64,000 nt of DNA from the NCBI RefSeq assembly GCF_006345805.1, contig NC_043011.1, positions 8,866,001-8,930,000 on the forward strand. The letters are read 5' to 3'. Position numbers and translations under genes: made by a program. Position 1 is the stretch's first letter; each line of letters begins with the position of its first letter. The notes beneath the pieces were generated by a model. The model saw only the letters and a list, made by a program, of their open reading frames with translations. It made no database searches and had not been told where the DNA came from. This stretch comes from Octopus sinensis (lineage: Eukaryota). Of this stretch, positions 13,530 to 24,007 are shown piece after piece.

Positions 13530-14048
13530 TATATATATATTATATATATGTATATATATATATAATATATATATGGTATATATATTATATCTATAGTACG
13601 TTTAAAATATTTGTTGTGCCAGATTTTTTATGTGAAGTCGTGTGTGAACCAGATATTGTTATATTTCGGATGGTCATATTGCCAGTTTAGCCAATAAAAA
13701 CACACGCACTATATATTTGTGTTATTTTGCTTCAGGATATTTATTATTTTTACATTAATCTTAATCTTATTCGGCCAAAGTTTCTTTCGTCACACTCCTG
13801 TGACCGCATCAGTGTCCTTTGTTTTCTTCTCACTTACTTGTGTCTCTCCTTACTAACCGTCAGAACTTTGGCCGAAATAAGATAAGATTAATGTAAAAAA
13901 TAAATATCACTGAAGCAAAATAACACCAAATATATAGTGCGTGTGTTTTTATTGGCTAAACTGGCAATATGACCATTCCGAAATATAACAATATATATAT
14001 ATATGTATATATATAATATATAGTATATTATATATATATATATATATC

Positions 14049-14090
<42 letters not shown>

Positions 14091-14187
14091 TGTATATTAT
14101 ATATATATATGTATATATGTATATATATATATGTATATATGTATATATATATATGTATATATGTATATATATTATGTATATATATAT

Positions 14188-14218
<31 letters not shown>

Positions 14219-14233
14219 TTATATATATATATG

Positions 14234-14283
<50 letters not shown>

Positions 14284-14409
14284 ATATATATATGTATATA
14301 TATAATATATATATAATAGGTATATATATATGTATATATATACATATATATATACATATATATACATATATATATATTACATATATACATGTATATATCT
14401 ATATGTATA

Positions 14410-14444
<35 letters not shown>

Positions 14445-14466
14445 TATATATCTTATGTATACATAC

Positions 14467-14517
<51 letters not shown>

Positions 14518-14519
14518 AC

Positions 14520-14552
<33 letters not shown>

Positions 14553-14585
14553 CATATATATACATATATATATATATATATATCA

Positions 14586-14622
<37 letters not shown>

Positions 14623-14661
14623 TACATTTATATATATTACATATATAATATATATATATAC

Positions 14662-14711
<50 letters not shown>

Positions 14712-14750
14712 ATATACATATATATATATATATACATACATATATATATC

Positions 14751-14793
<43 letters not shown>

Positions 14794-15263
14794 ATATATA
14801 TATATCCTTATATATACGTATATATACACACATATATATATATACATATATATCCTTATATTATGTATATATACACACACATCCATATATATATATGCAT
14901 ACACACACATATATATATGTATAATGTATATATATATATATATATGCATATATATATATATTATGTATATAATATATATATATATATATGCCATATATAT
15001 CTATATATATATATGCATATATATATATATGTATATGTATAATATATATATTATATATATATATGTATATATATATAATATATGTATATATATATATAAT
15101 ATTATAGTATATATATGTGTATATATATATATGTATTATTGTATATATATAATATATATATGTTCTATATATATATATGGATATATGTATATATATATAT
15201 TGTATATATATATATATATATTATATATATATATGTATATATATGTATATATATATATGTATA

Positions 15264-15307
<44 letters not shown>

Positions 15308-15457
15308 CATATGTATATATATATATATATATATATGGTATACATATGTATATATATATATACGTATATATATATATATATGTATGCATGTATATATATA
15401 TGTATATATATGTGTCTGCATGTATATATATGTATGTATGTATATATATATATGTGA

Positions 15458-15492
<35 letters not shown>

Positions 15493-15615
15493 GTATATAG
15501 ATATATATGTATATATATGTATGTTTATATATGTATGTATGTATATATATATATATGTATATATCTATGTGTATATATCTGTATATATTTATATATATAT
15601 GTATGTACACATATA
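12488..15615. repeat. About 3.1-kb (TA)n-rich array interrupted by a fold-back element at 13653-13994
   Basis: Seen directly. Confidence 0.97.
13653..13994. mobile_element. Fold-back element, about 130-bp inverted arms with about 80-bp spacer, inside the (TA)n array
   Basis: ATATTGTTATATTTCGGATGGTCATATTGCCAG...TTCGGCCAAAGTT is the near reverse complement of AACTTTGGCCGAA...CTGGCAATATGACCATTCCGAAATATAACAATAT. Confidence 0.85.
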
Positions 15616-15616
15616 C

Positions 15617-16142
15617 ATCATCATCATTGTTCGACCGTGGTCGAGACAATGGAATTTACCATGCTACGCCAGATTTCACGGTCCATCATGGCATTACGGA
15701 GGTCCTGTTGCTGGATGCCTGTATCCCTGGAGATTACATCAGGGTAGGAGAGTGTGCGCCCTCTGTAATTGCGAGTAGATGGCTTCCAGAGGAGAAGAGT
15801 AGAAATTGCCTCATTTTCAGCTCTACAATGTCCAGCAAACTGGACTCTCCTACCTTTCACAAGAGATGACACAGGTGGTAGTTTCCCATATATTTGCATT
15901 TTGGTTGGATGACGCTTCCACGAGAGATTTTGAGCTCTCATAAGGAGGCGAGTGTAGATTCCATCCAACCGCCTCTCAAGCTTCTTTGATAACGTCCAGG
16001 TTTCTGAGCCATATAGTAGAATTGGTTCGACTGTGGCTTTGAATATTTCAAGTTTGAAGTCTCTACTTAGATTTGATGACCAGATCTTATGCATGTCATT
16101 ACAGGCTGACCAGGCCATACCCTTTCTAGTTAGAAAATCTTT
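15617..16142 (-). mobile_element. 5'-truncated RTE-group LINE, copy 2
   Basis: [21 protein letters not shown]...RRVQFAGHC...; highly similar to 3390-3900; (GAT)n tail. Confidence 0.9.
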
Positions 16143-16151
16143 TCCACACAA

Positions 16152-16196
<45 letters not shown>

Positions 16197-16921
16197 CAGA
16201 TATATATGTATATATGTACATACACACATATATACGTACATATAAACACACACCTATATATATATATATAGATATATATATATATATATACATATATATA
16301 TAATGGAACAAAAATTCAATAGAGGACAATAAAATAACCGGACAGATAGACGATAAAAGGCTGACAGGAAAAATAACAATTTGAACGGGTCATTCATGAC
16401 CTTCTTTCGTCAGTCAAGTTACGAGATGTCCTTACAGTTTCGGGTAGTTACACTTACGACTGTTCGATCTGGTTGCCTCCATAAAAGTCCAAGCGAAGAG
16501 CACTAGATTTTTTGTAAGAAAGCGAGTGAATGCGTGCGACAACAAAGACAAATAACGGAGAACATGGTACACAATTACAAATACAAACAACAACATAACA
16601 ACAACTGAGGCCGAATCGAATTGAGCTGGCGTCGTGTATAAAGTGAGAGCCTAAAGACAGGAACATAGATGGCCATAAGAGGTTTTGGCGGTCAGCAGTC
16701 GGGCCAAGAAAGAAAAATCATGGCTGGCCGAACAATGGTCACGTGGAAGGAGAAGAGAGAGGTAGGGGGTAGCGGAATTGAAGGATTAGAAAAAAAATCC
16801 AAGAGAAAGGTACCGTGGAGATAAACGAGGAAAATATATGTGTGTGTGTGTAAATACATACATAATACAATATATATATATACATGTGTGTGTATGTATA
16901 TAAATATTTAAAAGATGAAAA

Positions 16922-17131
16922 TGCACTAGGATTTGTTTATATTTTGTATTTTTAAACTTTTAAAGATTTAACTGGTTTTCACAGATTTCTGATTCTCAAA
17001 AGTTGAGATAGAAAGATGTAGTTGCAGCTCCGTATCTCTCTCGCTCCACTTTTGTAAATCAGAGAAATCTGTGAAACAAGTTAAAGCTTTAAAAATGTTT
17101 AAATAACAAATATAAAATGAATTCTAGTGCA
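16922..17131. mobile_element. Diverged fold-back element (about 95-bp arms, roughly 80% match by eye)
   Basis: TGCACTAG...TTTCACAGATTT.CTGATT..CAAAAGT versus its reverse complement ending CTAGTGCA. Confidence 0.75.
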
Positions 17132-17446
17132 GTTTCAGCTTCTTCTCTCTCTCTCTTCTCTCTCTCTCTCTCTCTCTATATATTATATATATATATAATA
17201 TATATATATACAGAGAGAGAGAGAGACAGAAAAAAAAAGACATATATGTGCACACACACACATGAACAAACACACACACACAGAAAAGAATACATACATA
17301 TATCCACGCTTTAACATCTCATGGTAAAGAAACCAATAACAATAGAAACAAGTTAGTTTTAAAAAGATTTTATTAAACTTTCTCATGAATTTTAATAATT
17401 ATACAAAATAACTTCTATAAAAAATAGGATATTATAGATCAAACAT

Positions 17447-17484
<38 letters not shown>

Positions 17485-19352
17485 TTGTTATATGTGTGCA
17501 AAGGATATTTGACAAAATAATTAGAAAGATTGATAAAAAAGACAATTTTTTTTAAACACAACTGTACGATTGATGTTTTTTATAAAATTTTTCTGATTAA
17601 TGCTTTAATGCTCAGAATGTATATATATTGCTTATGAGTGTATGTATAAAACAATATTTGCATGTGGAAATCTCAAGGAAAGACACTCCAACATGACCCT
17701 CACTGCTATACATGCTAGTCTAATAATTTTAACCATTTTAATTCATCTATCAGGAACTGACTTCAAGTTCTGATATCATTGAGCAGAAGTGATATTAACA
17801 TTTCCCCGGGATAGGATGCTGATCCTGCCAATACTGTCATACTCTACTGTGGTAACTGCTAACCATTAATTTATTTATCCTACATTGTAGTACCTCATAT
17901 AACCACTTGACTGTGTTTGTCTCATTGAGGTACCTAGTAACTGCTCGGTTCTCTTCACTTCCTTGAGGTACCTAGTTACAGTAATGGGTGAATGTAATTG
18001 GTGGCACAAAGTTGTTGCCATGAGGAAAAACCAAAACGGAATTTTATAAAACAAAAAATAAAAAGTACAAAAAATATCCACTTCATTAATTCAATAAGTG
18101 GATAATTGAGACTTCACTGAAATCTTTCCTCTCAACTTCAGAGTACTGTTAAAGTACACCATCCTAGTCTGGTGCTTGCAAGCTGACTCCAGACTAAACC
18201 TACAAGTGGAGAATCGATTTCTAAAGAGCCTTGCTAGCTAATGAAACATTCAACAATTATACAATGCTCCTGCCATTTACAGTGATGACCTTTACATTGG
18301 CACAGACAGAAAAGGGCTGGTGCAGGGTAACTGAGAATGTCTTCTACAGTTACAAGTGCACCCTGATGGATAAAGGAATGGACATTCTTTTGCCATTCAT
18401 GTTTCCCAATTCCCAATTCTCCAAACAATGACTCTTATTTATTACAATTTATACAACTTCCTTCTCTGTAAACAAACAAGTTTCTCTGGCAATTAAAAAA
18501 CAAAACCAATATCATTTATAATGAATAAAATTTCTAATCAGATAAATTCATTTACGGATGTAAATCTTGTTGTAATCCTTGATCTTACACAGAACTGGGA
18601 TTACGGTTCCAAACATTTCCGTCCGGAAATTGTTCTTTTTTAAGTGTCAATGATCCCTAACTTGCTTCAGAAACATTATGTCATGCTGTGTTCTGTTCCA
18701 CAATATTACATTATGCACCATTTCATCATCATCCTCATCATCTTCATTTAACTTTGGTTTTCCTTGCTGGCATGGGTTGGACAGTCTGACAGGACCTTGT
18801 AAGGCCAAGAACTGCACCAGGCTTCAGTTTCTATGGTTAGATGCCTTCTCTAATGCCAACCACTTAACAAAGTGTATGTCTATATACATGCATATGTGTG
18901 TCTGTATTTATTTAAAAATATTTTTGCAAAACGTTTTTGATTGTCAGAAAATTTGAAGAAAGTTTTTCCGAAAATAAAAATTATTAATTATAGTAAAACT
19001 GTTTAAAAATCAGAAAGGAAGTTTCCACAACCTGCATGTAAGCTCTGTTGCTGTTTTTCTAAATACTAATGAAATAATCTGCATACATATATCATCATCA
19101 TCATCGTTTAATGTCCGCCTTCCATGCTAACATGGGTGGGACGGTCTTTGTGTCGGTTCTAAACTGTTCCTCTGTTTAAACTAAAGTTATGGGAGTATAA
19201 AGCGATTGATGCCTGACGAATGTACGGGAAACTATTAAGAGCACGATAAGTACATGCAGTTGAAACGTGTAGTAATATCAAACTCTCACTGGATGGAGTA
19301 CTCTTTGTATTGACTTTTATGCAGTTAATTGTTTATATATATATATATCATA

Positions 19353-19630
19353 TGGAGGTGCAATGGCCCAGTGGTTAGGGCAGTGGATTCGTGGTCGTAG
19401 GATCGCGGTTTCGATTCCCAGACCAAGCGTTGTGAGTGTTTATTGAGCGAAAACGCCTAAAACTCCGGCAGGGGGTGGTGGCGATCCTTGCTGTACACTT
19501 TCGCCACAACTTTCTTCTGTCGGCCTGCTCGCGTAGCCAGTGGGGTGGTGTCATTTGAAGGCTAAAACAATGTGAAGCGCATTGTGACCAGCGATGTGTA
19601 GCAACATCTGATAGCCTGGTCGGTGATGGT
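19353..19630 (+). mobile_element. tRNA-derived SINE family D
   Basis: GGAGGTGCAATGGCCCAGTGGTTAGG (A box)..GGTTTCGATTCCC (B box); homologs at 49625-49921 (-) and 62916-63035 (+, partial). Confidence 0.85.
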
Positions 19631-19854
19631 GATATATATGTATGTATATATATATATATCATTATATGAACACATATGCATGCATGTAAACATGTGTAGG
19701 CACATGTATGTAAATGTGCCAACCATCAAATTTAATGGAATATAAAGACAATTGGATGCAAATATTTACTTCTTCAGACGCAGCCACAACTTCTACTTCT
19801 CATGGTTTTATATTTCTGCCTAAAAACTTTGGCCAAATTTCAGTATATTTCTAA

Positions 19855-20200
19855 ATGTCAATTAACATTTTAATTAACAATACATATTTATGTATAATTA
19901 ATCATATTTCTGCACATAAATGTTACTTGAGCTTGATTTTTCTTGCAAATGTTAATTAACAAACCATGTTAATTAATAGCAAGTATTTATGCATAATTAA
20001 TCATATTCCTACATGCAAATATTATCTGAGCTTCGATTTTGCTTCTAAATGTTAATTAACAATCCATATTAATTAGTAGTCATTTTGTTTTTGGCTAATT
20101 AATCACATTTCTTTATGTAAACATTATTCACACTTCCCTTTAGATTCTGAATGTTAATTAACAACCAATGTTAATTAAGAATCGTTTGTTTCCAGCAATT
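19855..20200. repeat. Diverged ~100-bp tandem repeat (about 3.3 copies) rich in TTAATTAA
   Basis: AATGT(T/C)AATTAACA recurs near 19855, 19948, 20047, 20150. Confidence 0.75.
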
Positions 20201-20649
20201 AACAGCCAGTAATTTTGGTATTTTCAGATAAAACCACAAAACAAAAATAATATTTGATAGCACTTTCTGTAAGCTAATTCTTTAAGTGGAATGACAAAAG
20301 TATGCAAGATTCTTATAAAGTTTAGCAATTAATTCCATTCCGCACAGTCATTGCTGTCAAAATGGCAATCATGGTAATTTGTCTCCTAATCGCGTGTGTG
20401 CATGCGTGTAACCAAAACACATGGATGGAAGAATATTCGGAGAGAGACTGAGGGAGGAGTAAGAAGGGGAAGCTACATATTTGGGGAAGGAGAGTTAATG
20501 GGAAATTTAAGGAGAAATGAAAAAGAATAACAGAAGACTTATTGAAATGTTGATGGAGAGAGTAAAAACAGAGACAAAAACCATACATGTGTGTGTGTGT
20601 ATATATACTGAAACATTTTTAAGGATTTAAGGATATACATATATAGCTC

Positions 20650-21330
20650 GCTACGCTACATGGCAATGAAACATGGACTGTGACTGCAGAGGACATGCAA
20701 AAGCTTGAAAGAAGCTAGCATGCTTCACTGGATGTGCAGTGTCAGGGTGCATGTACGACAGAGTGTAAGCATCTTGAGAAAAAAAATTAGGCACAGGAGG
20801 CATCGGATGTGGTGTGCAAAAGAGACGACTATGTTGGTATGGTTACGTGATGAATATGGACGAGGGCAGCTGTGTAAACAAAAGTGCTGATCTCTAACTG
20901 TGGAGGGAACCTGTGGAAGAGGTAGACCCAGGAAGACATAGGATGAGGTAGTGAAGGATGATCTTTGAACGTTGGGCCTCACAGAGGTGATGACAAGTGA
21001 CCAAGAGCTCTGGTAATATGCTGTGAGAGAGAAGACTCGTTAGGCCAAGTGGAATCATTGTTGTGGCCATGCTGGTGCCACGTAAATGGCACCCACCCAT
21101 GAATTGTAGTCATGGTCATTGCTGATGTCATGTAAATGGCACCTGTGCCGGTGGTACGTAACTGCACCCATTACACTCCAGGAGTGGTTGGCATTAAGAT
21201 GGGCATCCACCTGTAGAAACCATGCCAAAGCAGACTGGAGAACCTGGTGCAGTTCTCTGGCTCAGCAGCTCCAGTCAAACCATCTAAACCATGCCAGTAT
21301 GGACATTAAATGGTGATGGTGATGATGATA
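20650..21330 (+). mobile_element. RTE/BovB-type LINE 3' fragment with 3'UTR
   Basis: LHGNETW, ASMLHWMC, RRLCWYG, VEGTCGRGRPRKT remnants; 3'UTR GGTTGGCATTAAGATGGGCATCC...CCATGCCAG...(GAT)n is shared with many short copies. Confidence 0.85.
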
Positions 21331-21452
21331 TATATATTTATATATAAATTAGAAAAAAACCACCTTTTATCAATTCAAAATGAAAAATTAATTACACCAT
21401 CTAAATTGAATTTTTCCCTGTAAGTTTGGAATAATATTCCCTCAAATATTAT

Positions 21453-21534
<82 letters not shown>

Positions 21535-22064
21535 TAATATATATCTATGATCATCATTTAGCATCTGTGTTCATGCTGCATGGGTTGGATGGTTTGACAG
21601 GATCCAACAGGCTGGAAGACTGCATCAAGCTCCAACGTCTGTTCTGGCATGTTTCCTACCACTTGATGCCCTTCCTAATGCCAACCACTTTACTAAATGC
21701 ACCACACCTATTTACATACATTCACATATTGCTTATAGTTTGTAAATATTTAAAACTTTATAATACAAAATATGACATTTAATATAAATTTGTAGAAACA
21801 GAAGTGATGTTAGGTGAATACAAGTCTGTGACAGATAATTCAAACAGCCCCCTACACCACCATTCCCCATACTAACAACTACAGCTCCAAGGGCTTACAT
21901 CCACAGAACAGATGGAAGGTGATTTGGAGAAACAGCTAAAATTTCCAACACATATTATGCAGACCTTGGTGAGGACCAGATATCATTGTGGTTTCCAAGA
22001 CAACAAAGTTAATATTTTTAGAGCTAACTGGGCCCTGGAAGGAGAGGATGTAAGATGAGCTTTG

Positions 22065-22100
<36 letters not shown>

Positions 22101-22269
22101 AGAGAGCTTAGAAGCAGAAGTTGGTAATGAACTGCTGCAAGAAAGAGTAGGGAATGAGACATTTGCCAGTGGATGGTGGCAGTCAAGGATTTGTAGGTTG
22201 TACCCTGAGTAAAGCCTATGGAACCCTGGGATTTACAGAAAGCAGCAGCAGAAGAAGAGCCATCAAGTA

Positions 22270-22480
22270 CAACACAGAGGTTGCTAAGAAAGCACTTCAA
22301 TGGGCCTGGTTGAAAAGTGGTGATCATTGAGGGTCAGTGGAATAGCATTTGGACACTGGTCAAGGGTTGACCAATCTGGGTTAGATTGTTAGGATGAGGG
22401 TGGTATATGTTGTAAGATGCAAAACAACAAGTCAACCCAGGATACAACACTGATGATGGGTCAAAATATCTGTTGATGGA
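22270..22480 (+). mobile_element. Decayed Penelope-like element 3' end (GIY-YIG C-terminus) with hammerhead-like pLTR motif
   Basis: VAK.KHFNGPG*KVVIIE and HLDTGQGL (cf. VAxHFNxPGH..LKV.VIE and TL.P.GLN), followed by CAACA-CTGATGA-TGGGTC-AAA-ATAT-C-TGTTG. Confidence 0.5.
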
Positions 22481-22595
22481 TACAGAACAATAAAAGATAA
22501 ATGGATTACGTAATAGAGTAAATTGCGTAGTAATTTAAATGTTGATTGCATAAAATTGCTGAGTGTATAATTATGGATCAAGTAATAATATAGAC

Positions 22596-22601
22596 TTTAT
22601 T
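22596..22601 (-). promoter_or_regulatory. Candidate SFXN5 polyadenylation signal AATAAA
   Basis: First AATAAA I found on the minus strand after the stop, about 1 kb downstream; usage unproven. Confidence 0.25.
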
Positions 22602-22711
22602 GGTAATAATTAAAATAACAAGGTTTGCAGCTAACTCTACTAAATAAGTGGACACATCTGAAGGTATTGGTATAAAAATGAAAAATACAAAAATGTATTG
22701 CTGTTGTTATT

Positions 22712-22900
22712 GTTTAGCCCCAGGTCAGCCCTGAGCAAGCAGACCAAAGGTGAAAGACATTCCAGCCTTGACCATCCTGTCATTTTGTATATTTTGGACT
22801 ACATTGTTTTTTATGTTTCCTTTGTTTTAAGGTGGTAAGTGTAATTTGAGGGGAATTTGGCTGCTATTTTTAGCAATGTGGGCAGCAAAGTGATTTTGTT
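22712..22900 (+). mobile_element. Interspersed repeat family E (unclassified)
   Basis: GCCCCAGGTCAG...CATTCCAGCC(A/T)TGACCATCCTGTC...ATTTGGCTGCTATTT recurs near 23760, 30030, 37160, 58200, 58430 (+) and 32830-33240, 36480-36720, 46030-46200 (-). Confidence 0.75.
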
Positions 22901-23582
22901 ACTCAGATGTATGTGTGTATGTGTGGATATGCTGTGTAGAGTCAATACTCTGTGCTTGTGTGTGGTAAAAATAATAAGTGTTTTTTAAGGCTACACTAAG
23001 TGTCTCAACTGATGTAAGTCAGAGACTGCTTACAGTAGAATCATGATGGAAATTCATAGAAATAACGAATAAAAGCAAAATATCTTTGAAATGAAAAAAA
23101 AAATACAAAAGAAAAATGATTCTTCATCATTATCATCATCCTCATCATCATCATCATTATTATCACTATCATTATCATCAACACGCTCATTTCACATCTG
23201 TTTTTCTGATGCTTGTATGGGTTGGATGAAAAAACAAAATATCAAAATATATTTTCACATGTATGAACTGACAGTTCTATATGTGTGTATGCATATAGAA
23301 CATATCTGTGTGTGAGTATGTGTTTATGTGTGTGTATTATGTAGACATATGTGTGTGTGTGTGTATACATGTGTATATATCTGTGTGTGTAATTTTGTTC
23401 ACCTATGTATGTGTGTGTGTTTGCAGGCATGTTTTTATATGCAATGTGAATACATGCTGTTTTTCGATATCTACATTGTGTGTGTACGTGCATGTGTGTG
23501 TGTACATATATATATAAGTATAACTATATCTACACATGTATATGCTTATATACACACGAGTCCCTAAACTAGAGCCGAACGC

Positions 23583-23660
23583 TCACAAACCCTTGTTACA
23601 GTAGACATACTCCTCTGTTGTTAAACCACGAATCTCAGCTTCCATTTTCTCAACACGGAT
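23583..23660 (-). CDS. SFXN5: SFXN5 exon 11 ([25 protein letters not shown]), 78 nt
   Basis: Acceptor CTTACAG; ends in NKGL then TGA at 23585-23583. Confidence 0.93.
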   Translation of the reverse strand: MRVEKMEAEIRGLTTEEYVYCNKGL

Positions 23661-23971
23661 CTGTAAGAGAGAAATCACAACATCAGAGAACAACTAGATG
23701 CGACTGGTTAATTACTGGTACTGCTTTGTATGCATGAGCTATTGTTGTATATTAGAGTTGTTGTTGTTGAGTCATCAGTCAAATCTAATTAATCAGACCT
23801 ATGATTCCAGCCATGACCATCCTGTCCTTTACGGATATCTACAACTATATTAAATAATGCATGGCTCTTTTTGATTTTAAAGATGGCACACTGAGCTTTT
23901 AGAAAGATTTGGCTGTTATTTCTAATAGTTCGGCAACCACATAGAGAGTGCCTTGTTAGCTTCTATTTCAT

Positions 23972-24007
<36 letters not shown>

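Noticed and set aside
12385-15747. Many IY/YI-repeat ORFs (also 52083-53295)
   Set aside because: Translations of (TA)n microsatellites
16385-16470. CTGACGA and GAAAC on the minus strand as a hammerhead
   Set aside because: Order is GAAA before CUGA and the stems needed for a type II/III fold do not pair
18280-18340. C box TGATGA and D box CTGA as a C/D snoRNA
   Set aside because: Boxes only about 45 nt apart, no terminal stem, and not in a recognisable host intron
18231-18431. 66-aa ORF MLANETF...
   Set aside because: No recognisable homology, no splice context
19353-19430. tRNA-like A and B boxes (also at 33722, 49850, 62916)
   Set aside because: Heads of multi-copy SINEs without a complete cloverleaf, so not tRNA genes
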